The notes under the pieces were generated by a model. That model searched no databases and was not told the DNA's origin. It saw nothing but the letters and a program-made list of their open reading frames with translations. This document shows positions 31,326 through 44,785 of a DNA stretch of 64,000 bases, in pieces (within the stretch, counting starts at the first letter, position 1; each line of letters begins with the position of its first letter). The position numbers were made by a program, and so were the translations under genes. The DNA comes from Octopus vulgaris (lineage: Eukaryota). The stretch is from assembly GCA_951406725.2 (NCBI GenBank), contig OX597816.1:90830001-90894000 (forward strand), read 5' to 3'.

Positions 31326-33546
31326 CACACGTACATTCATAAACGAAAATGATATACATAAATGCATATATAATACAAACGTGCGTGTAAGTATGTCATT
31401 GTCTTGCTCCATATCAGCTCTTATCAAGAAAAGGCCTATGCTCAAAGGCGTTCCAGTCATGGGTGACCTAACTTTAGTATATCAGGCATTATATTGTTCA
31501 ATTTAGCCTTATGAGGGACATTTGACAATTATTTCGAGCAGGTCTAGCACGATGTAGAGGTTCCCTCTCCCCTGTACATATATATATATATATATATATT
31601 TGTGCATGCGTGAGTGTATCTGTGTAAAGGCATTAGACGCGGGTTTTTGAATGAAGCCGATAGTAATATAAACGTGATATTGAAAATGTTTGACACGTTT
31701 CCTATCCACTTAGAAAAGTATTTACACTTTTATCACATGAAGTAGTTTTTTTCTTATAGAAATAAAACGATCCGTCTGTGTCACTCTGTATGTATGTATG
31801 TATGTATCTATCAATCTACCGAAAGACAGATAGGTATGTTTGTATGCAATGTATGCACAAGAACGTGTATGTATAAAAATAATTGCTCGAATGTGCGTAC
31901 ATATTATACACAAATATGTTCACACCCGGTGTATAGAGACGCGCAAAATACACGCACGCACTCTCACACATGCATTATTTATTTCTGATATTGTGTATGA
32001 TGTTTATAATACATAAATACATACATACATACATATGTATAAATACATGCATACATGCCTATGTATGCACACATACATACATATGTATACATACATACAT
32101 TTATATATATTTATATATATATATATATATATATATACTTGTGAACAGGGTGGACGTTGTCTCACAAACATAAGTGTTAGTAAATGTAGTCGGATTGAGC
32201 TAAAAATTTGCACACCTATGTTAAAAGTGCTGGGGAGTTTGCATGGCAACTTTGAGTTTGCTCAGTTGAAAGGTGTGACCTCTAGGGCAAAATGCCTCAT
32301 CTTTAAAATGTGGCCCAAGTATATACAGGAGTGGTGTTTGTTGCTATCGTTTAACATTAGAGGCGGGCTAGCATCATGTGCATCTTTTTAAGATACTAAG
32401 TGAAATTTTAGGGAGATATTGTGTGTTATTTCTACCCGGTAGTGTGATTATGTATAGATCATTTCTTGTGAATTCCTGGGACAGCCCCACCTCCAATGTT
32501 AAATCAGTGCCATAGACTGAATTCGAAACACGAATCTATTATTTTGCCCTTATCAACCCTAATATGTATTAAACATTTATCATTACAAGCAGACGAACTG
32601 AAGGTGGTGGATTGGCAGACTCAACGGAGCATCGAGCAAAAATTTTTCGAGGTATGTTTTTTTTAAATTTATATTTTGAGTTCAAATTACCGTGGGATCA
32701 TCTTTACTTTTGTTTCCTCCGGGATCAGTAAAGTAAGGTTTTTTTCCTCCGGTGTCAGTAAAGTGAGGGTCGATTTAAGCGAATAAGCCCTCGCACAATA
32801 TTTCAGCTACTGTCAAGGATGATACATTTGTAGGATCTTATAGTGTGTCCCACTTGAGTTCAAATTCTGCCGGAATCATCATTGACTGTCATACTTCACT
32901 GCTTGATAGAAAAAAGTACCTGTCAAGTACTGAGGTCAACATTATTAACTATGCAGCTCCACCCAAATGAATTTAAGGCTTCATGCCTATATTAGAAAGT
33001 ATTAGTATTTCTTTTGAGTAAATGAACAGACATTTGTCTTTTTAAAGCACACTCACTTCCAAACGATTTTTCTAATGGCTTTAAGATAGTTGTTCTAGTT
33101 GGTGAATGTATAAAATTATTTCCTCTTTTAATGCTTATTGGTTGTGGTTATGTGCCATCGAAAGTAAAAGTCTGTTCCTCCCTACCCCTAAAAATCTTCG
33201 CCTCTTTGTTCATAATGTATATTCTTTCAATTTTTTATTGGTTCCAGTCAGATGGAACTGCTTCTATAATCTCCCAGGAAACGTAATTTATTTATAATAT
33301 GTTTAATTTATATTCATTTTGTTTTTTCCTAAAATGCATGAAAACATCACTGTATTTCACAGAACTATTTTGATCTGTGCCCTATATTTCAATAAATTTT
33401 CTTTGTCATTAAGTTTCGGTTTAGCACATCAAACTCTACAAAGACTCATATAAGGAAAAAGCAGTTGAATTTTGTAAGGTTGGTGCCCGTTTCGAAGCCA
33501 TTTGTCATACGTAAAGTGAAATGAATTGAATGAGAATCAGACTGGC

Positions 33547-34106
33547 GGATCTAAGACAATTCTCCGTAATGCATTTCGCTGTAGGACTATTTGCCGTTAG
33601 ACATTTTGCAATAAAAAAAAAATAATAATGAGGGTCATACACTTTATCTAAAAACATGAAAGTCATACACTTTATTTAAAAAGTTAAGCTAAAAAATCAA
33701 AAAGTTAAAAATCATGTAAGTTCATTACAATTGCACGCAAATAATGTTCTTGATTTTGATCGTAACCTCTGACAATGCTTAGTATGCTCTTATAAATATC
33801 TTTGTATTTTTTCTTGATTGCTGTTTCTCCTCTTACTGCATAGTTCACCTATTTTTTAGAAAGTGGTTTTCTCAAGACATTGAAAAATGATCTTTCTCAC
33901 ATTTAAACGACCTTTCTCTTTTTAAATTATCATTTTATCAATTATCAAAAATAACTGCTGTAAATACTGTTCCTTTATCTACCTTATTTAATTAACAACG
34001 CAATTTCAAGTTTTTGAGCTTTACGGCAAAATGTCCTTGCAGTAAAATATCCATATGACGAATAGTCCCACAGCTATTTTGTTTACGGCAAATTGTCCGG
34101 TCATCC
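33547..34106 (-). mobile_element. MULE/MuDR deletion derivative
   Basis: TIRs GGATCTAAGACAATTCTCCGTAA / TTACGGCAAATTGTCCGGTCATCC with ~15-bp subterminal tandem repeats. 8-bp TSD AGACTGGC / AGACTGGT. The minus strand encodes KKKYKDIYKSILSIVRGYDQNQEHYLRAIVMNL, typical of MULE transposase C-termini (YLRAIAHNL-like). Confidence 0.75.
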
Positions 34107-37100
34107 AGACTGGTAACCTGTCTATTCCAGACCTCAACTTTTTCAGTTATAGTAATGTTGTCAGTTTCTTCATTCTAATTCCTTAAAACTACTTATCCAA
34201 CAAGCAGGTCCTACACACACACTCACACTCTCTTATTCACATAATACAAAGGTAGGTGCATTTATAATCACTAATTACACTCATACATATTATGCGTTTA
34301 TGGATGTTGTAACACTCACGTATATACAGTTATTTATTCTTTTACTTGTTTCAGCTATGGGGCTGCTGCTGTTCTGGGACACCATCTCGAAGACTTTAGT
34401 CAACCAAGTCGCCCCTGTGCTATATGTGTGTGTATATAATTTTTTTTTATTATTTAGCAATGTGAGAAGACAGAGTTGTTGTTTAGCATCAGTCAGCCAT
34501 TTTACTTATTTTGTTCCCTATCAAATTCACTGGGAGGGCATTAATTAGTAGAGAACACCTACCCATAGTACCACGCAGTGGGACTGAATTATAGAGCTGG
34601 AGTCGTATGTTTCAGGAGAAAAACTATTTTAAAAGAATTATTTCCATATATACACTCACACGACGCTATCCGTTGTTTTATTGTGGGCCATATCCTGAAG
34701 AGACGAATGTCCATTCTGACTCACGTACAAATTAGTTTTAATGTTGCCACATTGTGGAAAATGAAGGCTGTATCACTTTAAAGGTAAGTGCTAAGTGTTG
34801 CACTATATTTTTCATGCGAAAAACAAATCAACGCTTAAATATTGGAATTTTCTTTTTAAAATTTGAATCTATTAGAAAGGAATAAAAGTTGTACTTTGAT
34901 TCTAAATTGCTCTTTCGATTCTTTATTATAAATATAGATATCTTCAGTTCTATAAAAAAACTTGTTTATATATATTTTTTGCGACTTCATATTTATGGTT
35001 TCAAATTTATTGACAGCTCATACATGATGTCATATCTAATCACATCTACTTTAAACAGAAAAAATGCGGCGAAATTCTGTTATTTAAATGTTATACATAA
35101 TAATGGACTAAAGACCAATGTTCCTGCATATCACACAAGAAATTATGATAACAGATTTAATGGTATATATATAGAAGAAATTATTGTATAATGATATACA
35201 CATCGGCAAATGAATTCGTAAAACGGCGAAATTATCAGACAGACTTTAAAATATCGACTATCGTTACACATTTGGAATGTTCTGTTATTCAATCTCATAA
35301 ATACTAATGTTCCATCTAAATATATAAAGCTGGTAATTCCCTTGCACACCCCATAAGTTTTGTTTTAGAGAACTGAGACCCTACTTCATTCCACTTTGAG
35401 ATAAGATACAAACTACTGAAGTTCCTTTTACGAAGAAAGAAAAGTTGTTACTGTTCGTTCTAGATATATACTCCTTTCTGTCTCGCTGTCTGAGCTGAGA
35501 TAAGGTGTTTATATTAGCTTCTGCATCTCGTATAAAACTCAAAGATCTTTGAAGATAGAGCAATAGGTTGTTAAATGTTTTGTTGTCGTCGAGTATATTG
35601 TAAAGCAATAATCCCGAAAAGTTTTTGGATCCTTAAGTGAAGATATGTGGTGTTAATCTCGTTTAAATGTATTCTGAGTAAAGTCACACTTAGCCAAACG
35701 CTCTATGGTACACATCCTGTCACCGGTGGTGTGTTGTCATTTTGACCGGTCAGTCAAGCAGGTACTAGATGTTCTTCACCTGAAGAAGTAGATGTTCAAA
35801 TCTCTTTAGTTTGCAGTGTTATATTCAAAATTTCTCATCAACTTTCGATGATAATGGTAGTCATTAAGATTATGACTAGTCTAGTTTTTCAACTATGGAG
35901 CTTCCTGAAATTAACTCCTTTCTTTACATGGAAGAATATTGAAAAATTGGCGTTCATTTCATTCCGAAGTCTTGGTAATATGAAATAAATCTGCATCAGT
36001 AGGCATTTTAGAGTAGTTTACAGACAAACTTTCAACCTCAGAATTCTAAAATATATTCATTTTTGTCTTTTTTGATGACATACTGGAACATTTAGCCAAG
36101 ACAGTCTAAGTTTATTAGTGAAGAATTAAAGTATGTTCTGATACAAGAAATGAGATGTAGGGTGTTTTAATGTAGAAGGAGAAATAAATTTTGATAGCCG
36201 TTGCTTTAGCGAGATTATCAGTGACATAAAATAGTTTGAACTGTGGATCGAAATAGATTTGCAGACTTGTCTTTCTTTAAACTTACTTAGCTTTAGCCTA
36301 ACTCTAAAATCTCAGAAGAAACGTCCAAGAGATCAGAATTATGAAACATTAATTAAATAAAACCATATTTATAGCTTATAGAATAAAAAAGTACCCTTGT
36401 TTTAGATCACAGACCTGCAGCAGCGTTGACATAATCTTCCAAGTAGAGTGTGCAAGGCTTGATAATACCTTAGGAGTCATAACGGTAGGGACTATAGATG
36501 ATCAAAAGTTCCTTCCGTGATTGACAAACGAAAAATATTTGCAGACGCTAATTAAATCTGTTTGATAAGTGGATAAATAAAATATATTTTTCTTCAAATC
36601 AGACAGAATTGACTTCAAGTTAAATGTCCTTCAACATCAATAAAAGTATTGTAAGGTCGAGTCATTTAACTATTCTTACTCTTCCATCATATGCACTATA
36701 CTATTTATTAATGAGACACATATACATAAGTTTTTCTTTGTAATAAGTATCTTACTAGTATTGCAAAAGATCTGTCATTAGAAAGTCAACAGCTCTTGTA
36801 CCGATCGCTAATACTATTTCACCTACCACTCTCAATTCAATGTGTTAGACATCAAACAATATTTTATATCAACGGGCCAGTTCTCCTTCGCAACTTAATA
36901 CTGAACGAAATGACTAGAATACATCTCAGAACCTGTTCCTGAAGGAAATCCACCCTCCAAAGACCGAAAACTAATCGAATTTATAACTTATATTTCAAAG
37001 TGACCATTTGGTGCATCGAATGGTAGTGAAATCATTTATGTACACTTTGTATTATCGTCATCATCTATAATTCCACTGTGGTAAAATTCTCATTTTATTC

Positions 37101-37174
37101 TTTTAGGATATTTAATACCACCATATTATATACATACGGAGATGGATTAGATTAACAATATTCGCTCCCTAAAA

Positions 37175-37490
37175 AAGGCGGCGAACTGGCAGAAACGTTC
37201 TGAGTTCAAATTCCGCCGAGGTTGACTTTGCCTTTCATCCTTTCGGAGTCGGTACCAGTTACGCACTGGGGTCGATATAATCGACTTAATCCGTTTGTTT
37301 GTCCTCTCTGTGTTTAGCTTCACGTGGGTAGTAAGGAAATAGGTATTTCAGCTGTTTTTACGCCGAGGTCGACTTTGCCTTTCATGTTTTCGAGGTTCGA
37401 TAAATCAAGTACCAGCTGCTTACTGGGGTCGATCTAATCAACTGACCCCCTCCCGAAAAGATTTCGGGCCTTGTGACTAGAGTAGAAAAG
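37175..37490 (+). mobile_element. SINE family A composite (long-tail copy joined to a short-tail copy) with 18-bp TSD
   Basis: TSD AATATTCGCTCCCTAAAA (37157-37174) / AATATTCACTCCCTAAAA (37491-37508). Confidence 0.9.
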
Positions 37491-38406
37491 AATATTCACT
37501 CCCTAAAAGATATACGAAGACATAAGTTCCAGGTAAGACTTTTTAGAACAAATTCGATTCGTCATTGCATTAATTTCAACGAACGTATTTTCAAATAAAA
37601 TATTTGTTTGCTAACGCTTTTATTGGAAAAGATGTAAGGTTGTGTTGTATTTCAGCAAAACATTCAGTACAATGATGTAGCACTATCTCGGCCAATTCTA
37701 CTGCGAGAAGTCTTCTAGATCAATGCAAGAAATTTGTTAGCAAAATGTCATACTTACAAGGTATTTTGTTCTAGGATGGTCGTTCGGTGATCCAATTTGT
37801 AATTATGTAGTGCATCTGAGCCGCCACCTCTAAATATTTGTCGGTGTAGTAGTCATACAGAAAATGCAAACTCTTGGGGTTTTAGAATTACTGATGATAA
37901 TCCAATACAGAGACAAATACTAAAATTACAAGCTAAAATCGTATTCGTGTATATACTTACATGTGCTTTTAACGTGAGTAAAAAATATGTTTAAGCCAAT
38001 TAATATTACAGTTGTATTGAAAAGAAAAAGCCGTTAACTTAAAAATTTCCTGTGCATTTGATATGTATTTTTGTGTCAACTGTTTTAGTTGAACAATTGC
38101 AATCCCGCTTTTAGTAACACTCAACACAAAATGAATCAGAAATCAAAAGAAAAGCTAACAATCAAATAAACAATGAACACAACTGAAGCTAGCGGCAAAA
38201 ACAAAGTAAACTTAAAACAGAGATCATAGAGATCAAAATGTTAAAGGAAACAAACACAAATATGTAAAGCAGGTGATTTGGTATTGTTAGAAAGGTTTAA
38301 AAAAATAAGGGTATAAGTGTATATATAGCTGTATAGATGACAGGAAATATAAACTTTGCATATCGATGGCACAAGTGGTATATTATAAGGATGTTTAAGA
38401 CGAATA

Positions 38407-38821
38407 AAGTGGCGATCTGGCAGAAACGTTAGCACGCCGGGCGAAATGCTTAGTGGTATTTCATCTGCAGCCACGTTCTTAGTTCAAATTCCGTCGAGGT
38501 CGACTTCACCTTTTATCCTTTCGGGGTCAGTTAAATAAGTACCAGTTACGCACTGGGGTCGATATAATCGACTTAATCCGTTTGTCTGTCCTCGTTTGTC
38601 CCCTCTGTGTGTAGCCCCTTGTTGACAGTAAATAAATAGGTATTTCGTCTGCTGCTACGTTGTGAGTTCAAATTCCGCCGAGGTCGACTTTGCCTTTTAT
38701 CCTTTCGGGGTCAGTTAAATAAGTAGCAGTTACGCACTGGGGTCGATATAATCGACTTAATCCGTTTGTCTGTCCTTGTTTGTCCCCTCTGTGTGTAGCC
38801 CTTGTTGGCAGTAAAGAAAAA
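38407..38821 (+). mobile_element. SINE family A dimer of two long-tail units
   Basis: Two near-identical units joined at AAATAGG|TATTTCGTCTGC. Flanking repeat AAGGATGTTTAAG at 38387-38399 and 38822-38834. Confidence 0.88.
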
Positions 38822-39454
38822 AAGGATGTTTAAGTGGAATGAAATATTTTGAAAAAGAGCGAAAGCCCCTAATTTGTGGCTTTGTCATATACTATAATAC
38901 CCTGTGATGAAAATCTGCAAACCATTTGATATGGATGTTACAAAAATGAAAAATGATTCTCATTCAACTTTTCTCATTCCCTCATTGTTCTGGAATAAGG
39001 TATTTCGTGTGGACTAACAAATGTTTGAAGACCATTGGCTTTTTAAAAACTTATTTGGACAGTTGAATGGCAGAATGGTTTGTAACGGCCACTCTTTGCC
39101 TGCAAGTATCGACTTGTTTTAATATACTTAATGTGTACTGCTATGATATTTGTTTAAAATATTATAGGAGTGCCCAAGATATGCAGAGTCGTAACGGTGT
39201 CCCTACGACTTGAGAGTCCCATTACCACAACGATACGTACAAAATATTAGCATATATAAATGTGTGCGTGTGTGTGTATATATATATATATACACACACA
39301 TTTAAACATTGCAATGCTTTCAATATGTTTGTAATCTTTTTATGCACATATTTACGGTCATGTATATGCAGGGTGGTTTTAAAACACACCCATTACTACA
39401 CTACACATTAATATTTTATTTTCATTTATTAGAAAGAGACAATTTTTTTAGCAG

Positions 39455-39495
<41 letters not shown>

Positions 39496-39731
39496 GGAGA
39501 GAGAGAGAGAGAGAGAGAAGCTGTTACCTTGTCACAAAGCTATAAACTGATTTAGGGTGGAAGGGGTTGAAATTAATTTGTCTTCTGAACATACTCGCAA
39601 CGGATGTCTTTTATCAGACCCAAAGGAATGGAAATAATAATAAAAATAAACAAGGGCGTTTACTTTTTGTTTAACCATCTTGTACATATGAATGTACATA
39701 TGTCTATAAAATGTTATTAATGGTATTACTG

Positions 39732-40195
39732 AAGGTGGCGAGTTCTAGCTTGACGTCCCGAGTTCAAATGCCGCCGAGGTTGACTTTGCCTTTCATCCTT
39801 CGAGGTCGATGAAATAAGCATCAGTCAAACACTGGGTGGGTGAGGGAGGATTGATGTAATCGACTAACCTCGTGCCTCAAAATTTTAGGCCTCGTGCCAT
39901 TAGTAAAAGGGAGTTTAGTCGGTGAGATGGCGGAATGGTTAGTACGTTGGACAAAATGTTTACCGGTATATTCGGTATTTCTTTCGACTTTGCCTTTCTT
40001 CCTTTCAGGCTCGATAAATTAAGTACCAGTTACGAACTGGGGTCGATGTAATCGACTTAATCCGTTTGTCTGTCCTTGTTAGTCCCCTCTGTGTTTAGCC
40101 CCTTGTGGGTAGTAAAGAAATAGATATTTCTTTCGGCTGTTTACCTTCTCTGTACAAATCCCACCACAATCAACTTTCTTTTATTTTTTCGGGGT
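39732..40195 (+). mobile_element. Nested SINE family A copies
   Basis: A 5'-truncated long-tail copy (about 39985-40122) lies inside an older copy, with duplication GTATTTCTTTCG / ATATTTCTTTCG. Confidence 0.75.
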
Positions 40196-40197
40196 TA

Positions 40198-40540
40198 CTC
40201 TTTTACTTGTTTCAGTAATTTGAGCAAATCGACCCCAGGACTTATTCTTTGTTAGCCTAGTACTTATTCTATCGTTCTCTTTTTGCCGAACCGCTAAGTT
40301 ACGAAGACGTAAACACACCAGCATCGGTTGTCAAGCGATGTTGGGGGGACAAACACAGGCACACATACATATATATATATACATATATGCGACAGGCTTC
40401 TTTCAGTTTCCGTCTACCGAATCCACTCACAAGGCTTTGGTCGGCCCGAGGCTATAGTAGGAGATACTTGCCCAAGGTGTCACGCAGTGGGACTGAACCC
40501 GGAACCATGTGGTTCGTAAGCAAGCTACTTGCCACGCCCT
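40198..40540 (-). mobile_element. SINE family B
   Basis: Close match to the other B copies. The minus strand contains CCTTGGGCAAGT (CORE-like start) after the B box GGTTCAGTCCC. Confidence 0.85.
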
Positions 40541-42134
40541 AATGTCAACGTAATCACCTACCCTATCTTCATAACTGCTACCTTGTGACAAAAATTAAGA
40601 ATAGTTATAATTCTAAGGGCAAGGAAGCGTCTGAGAAATGTTTTGCAATATTTGTACTGCTTCTTTACATTCCGAGTTCAAATCCAGGTTAGGTTTACTT
40701 TGCTTTCACGCTGTCCAGGTCGATAAAATAACTACTAAGGTATATATAGTCAACTATGCCTTTTCCCCAAATGTAAGGACTTGTGCTTGTACTTATGTGC
40801 GAACGTATGTATGTATGCGTGGTGGAAGGAGAGGAATGGGAGATATGTAAACGAAAAAGAAAAAAGTATAATGTATAAAATTCCCATATCTATAGCAGCA
40901 GTAACGACATTTTAATGCAAATACTATCGTTTTCAGTCCTATCAAATTAACAAGTCATCTTCTGGCTTCAGGAAATTAATAGGCACTCTTGTTGAAACTG
41001 GTGAAAACACAATGGTTAAATACTTCTAATTTAACCTCTTAAAGGTATCACTTGTTCATAAGAGCTGGCCTGTTAGGTGCATGTGTCAATCAAGTTAGAT
41101 AGTGGAGGCAAAGTATATAATGAAAGAGATCAGGAAGCTACGCATAGGGTATCATGTTATCTTTAGAATTAACTCAGTTCAACTGTGCTTAATGGGTATT
41201 ATAGTAATTATAGGTGTTAAATATTGCCTTAAAAGCAGAGAGCGTCAGGAGTTGATAGAAAGATGAATAATGGGAAACGCTAAGTAAAAGAATATCATTG
41301 TAAATACTGTGGTCATGAGAGTCGTTTCATTGTAACTGCGGAAATAATTGTGTTTTTATTGAATATATAAAAGAGTCCCTAGTGTTACGATAGACTAGCC
41401 GATTTTATAATGTTTCTCGCACGTCTCCAGGTACATCGAAAAATAGTTCGTTTACTGCTTATTCTTAGTTCAACTCTTCTATTTGTGTGTTGAAGGAAAC
41501 GGATAATTACCTTTCCAGAGGATCTTGCATTAAATTACTTCCGTTTAAGTCGAAGCACCCACCAATGCTTCAATGACCAATCTCATTATACATGTTTACT
41601 GAGAGCATCCTAGGAATTCTGTGAGTATTGGAAAGAAATTGAAAGATTCACTGCAGAACAAATCGTAATTCATAAAACTAGTTTCACAAGCAAGTTTACG
41701 TAATACTTTAGCTAAATGGATGTTTGTGTACAGATAAATTTGATTTTGTCACATTATAGTTCCATTTTATAAGAATCGTTGTTTTAGTAATTTCAGTTCT
41801 GTAGTGCAGCAAGTAATTTTTGTTTGTTGTTTTGTTCCAACTTCAATTGCTATATTGAAATCGAGTTAAGCAGAAGTCTTATTTTGGAAGATACATGTTT
41901 TCTGTTAAACTGTTCATGGTATTTTATTTAAATAAATGAATAGAAACTAAATGTTGGCAAAGTTTAGTTATAGAAATTGAAACATACTGTGGTTTATTAC
42001 GTTGACGAAATGAATTTTTTTTATTAAATCATGAATACATGTTACGTTTGGATATAATATCTATGGTTAGAAAATATTTTTCATGAAGTAACAAAAACAG
42101 GTAGGTCTGTAAATTACCTGCACATCGCTGCGTC

Positions 42135-42320
42135 ATGTTCTCGAGCAAAAACACTTCATTTCATGTTGCTTCGACTGAAAATAAGTCTCAGCAATAACTG
42201 GAGTCAAACCTGCGACGGACTGGTGTCCCGTTTAGGAGAAGGAAGAATGCTACACTTTTGGTGTAAAGGAAACTGGGTTATGCTCCGGCTCTGTTGACAC
42301 GTGACAAACGTAGGACTCTC
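42135..42320 (+). mobile_element. SINE family D fragment (V-domain-like)
   Basis: CCTGCGACGGACTGGTGTCCCGT...GAAACTGGGTTATGCTCCGGC; similar to 20103-20305. Confidence 0.5.
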
Positions 42321-44582
42321 TATAAAAATGATTAATTCGACTGAATTCTGCTTGAAATAGAAAAAATGTCATTCAGAATATAATTTTCAGATCATATTTT
42401 CAGCACATTTGTTTCAATATATTGAGCATTAATGTCTTACATTAGTACTTGACTTGTAACAAGAGGATTTTATTGGGAAGAGATATGGTCAGTTCTATCG
42501 ACCTTGTAAAAGTCTTCTACTTAACGAGAGAGCATGAAAAGAAAATAAATTCAGATTATACAAGAGCAAAATTAAAGTGTAAAACATTATACACACACTT
42601 ACACACACTTGGTTTTCCGTCGGTTTCGACGATGAAAATTCAAGTGTTCAATTACTCAAATTATCTTCACAGTGAATTAAAGTGTAACTGGTTAAAAAAA
42701 ATATTAGCGCTACAAAACATTGAAACGTATGTAAAATAACACTTGGGTTCGAAAAGGAACAAGAACTTTTACAATAAACCATTAGAAAATATCTTCTCTT
42801 TGCATATCTTTATTAAACTGGCTTCGTATATGGAAACTACTTTTTAACAGTATTGACTGCATTCCAGCAAATCTGGGATAATTTACTGTATTCCAGTGGA
42901 TACTATTGATGAAGGGAATAGGATATGATGTAATGTTGTCAAGTGACTGAAATAGTCTTGAAGATTACCTTCCAGTATCAAGTATAGTCACTAGAATTGG
43001 TAGGATTGTGAAAATCTGTATCAACATTAGAAGTACGATGTGAAAAATTGAATATTTAACTAAACGAAGATTTAGTAATAAAGGAAATCAGTACTCTTGT
43101 ATTCTAAAACTGTGATGCATCAATTATTTCTACGACTAATTTAATAGCACTACGTTCGCTTTCACTTTGAACATTATACATTTTCAAATGCGATGTATGA
43201 ATTATCTACCAAGCACCTTATGTATTTAAAGGAATAAAGTGACTAACAATGCATTAAATTCTGCACGGTGTTATCATATCTATGTGGAAATGTGAAAGAT
43301 TGCAAAAGTTGGTAAAACATAATCAGTATATAAAAATAAATATCGTAGCAATATACTATACTAGTTTCAAGAATAATCCAAGAAACTGATTGAAAAGATC
43401 TAGAGTGATACAGAAACTACTGATAAATACGAACAATCGATATGTACAGATTATAGAAATTAATAGACTAGATAGTGTCCTCAACAACAGTACGAGATTT
43501 AAAGTTCAGGTTTAAAACAGACGAAAGTGCATATATGAACAACTTATGAATAATGTAAAAATTCTGTTCAGCAATAATTCTATAACCTAGAATTTATACT
43601 GGATGCATTTAATTGCTTCACATTTGTTGACGATGGAAATTTAGTCAACCAGTTTGGGTCACTTTTCGAATTTATTTAGAATTTTTGCTGCACAATGATG
43701 AAGTTGAACCTATTAACTCACAAACTACTGGATCAAACATTTTTGAGCCCACCATGGTATGCAAAATATGCTAAAGTATACATATTGTCAATTCAGCTAC
43801 ATATTGTCAACTCAGCCTTGCAGCGTAAGACAGCTTTTCTTTTTAAGTATTGTGAATATACGAGCAAAGCGATATACAGTGAAAGAACACATCAAACACA
43901 CACCTCAACACATAAACTATCAAATTTTGGCGTATGTTGTACGCACGCATGCATAAGCACGCACACACTCACTTTCTACATCATACATACTCCAGATGAA
44001 AGTTGTCATTCCTGTTTATCAGGTAGTATATATCTTGTATTTTATTTGTTCTGTTAGTGATGACAAGTGTACCAGAGAGAGACAACATCGGGACTTTAAT
44101 GTCTGATGAACAGTAAAAAACACAAAAACAAAATGCCTTCCAGGTTATCCGTGTATTCGTGCATCATACTAATTTCACATTTTTTGGTGTTCGTTTTGCA
44201 CACAATACTACTCTAATAGGTTGTAATTCTGAGTGTTGTTTGATGTAGTCAACATATATTCCAAATATATTGACCTCGGAAAAGAAAAGTCATCTCTGGT
44301 AAAAAGAACAAAAAAACAAAAATTTATATAGACATAAAAGTAGTCAATACAGATGCTTTACATATTTACCACCTATTCCTGGTGATTGTTAAATATAAGG
44401 ATTTCTTAAATGAGGTAATTAAGCTTGTGTGTGTGTGTTCTCAAAATTAAAAATAAACCGTAAAACATCACCATTTTCACATTGGTAAAAAATTAAGGCA
44501 AGTAGTTTAATATATGTTCAATAAATACACAATAGCTTATGTGAAGGCAAGTTTATTTTGTTAATTTATTATCACATTTTCT

Positions 44583-44785
44583 AAGCTGGCGAGTTGTCAG
44601 AAACGTTAGCCCGCCGGGCTTAACGGTAGTTCGTCTGTCTTTACGTTCTGAGTTCAAATTCCACCGAGGTCAACTTTTCTTTTCGGGGTCGATAAATTAA
44701 GTACCACTTTCGTACTGGGATCGATCTAGTCGACTGGTCCCTCCGAGCCAAAAATTTTGGGCCTTGTGCCTAGAGTAGAAAAAAA
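44583..44785 (+). mobile_element. SINE family A (short tail)
   Basis: Head, B box, core and tail GGCCTTGTGCCTAGAGTAGAAAA are all present. Confidence 0.85.

Noticed and set aside
35380-37000. SSR-free complex sequence (also 41400-43750), possibly decayed transposase or exons
   Set aside because: No motif, TIR or sustained reading frame that I could identify.
43988-44110. Possible further hammerhead (CAGATGA...GTTGTC/GACAAC...GGGA...GTC)
   Set aside because: Both core boxes are mutated and stems I and III do not pair convincingly.
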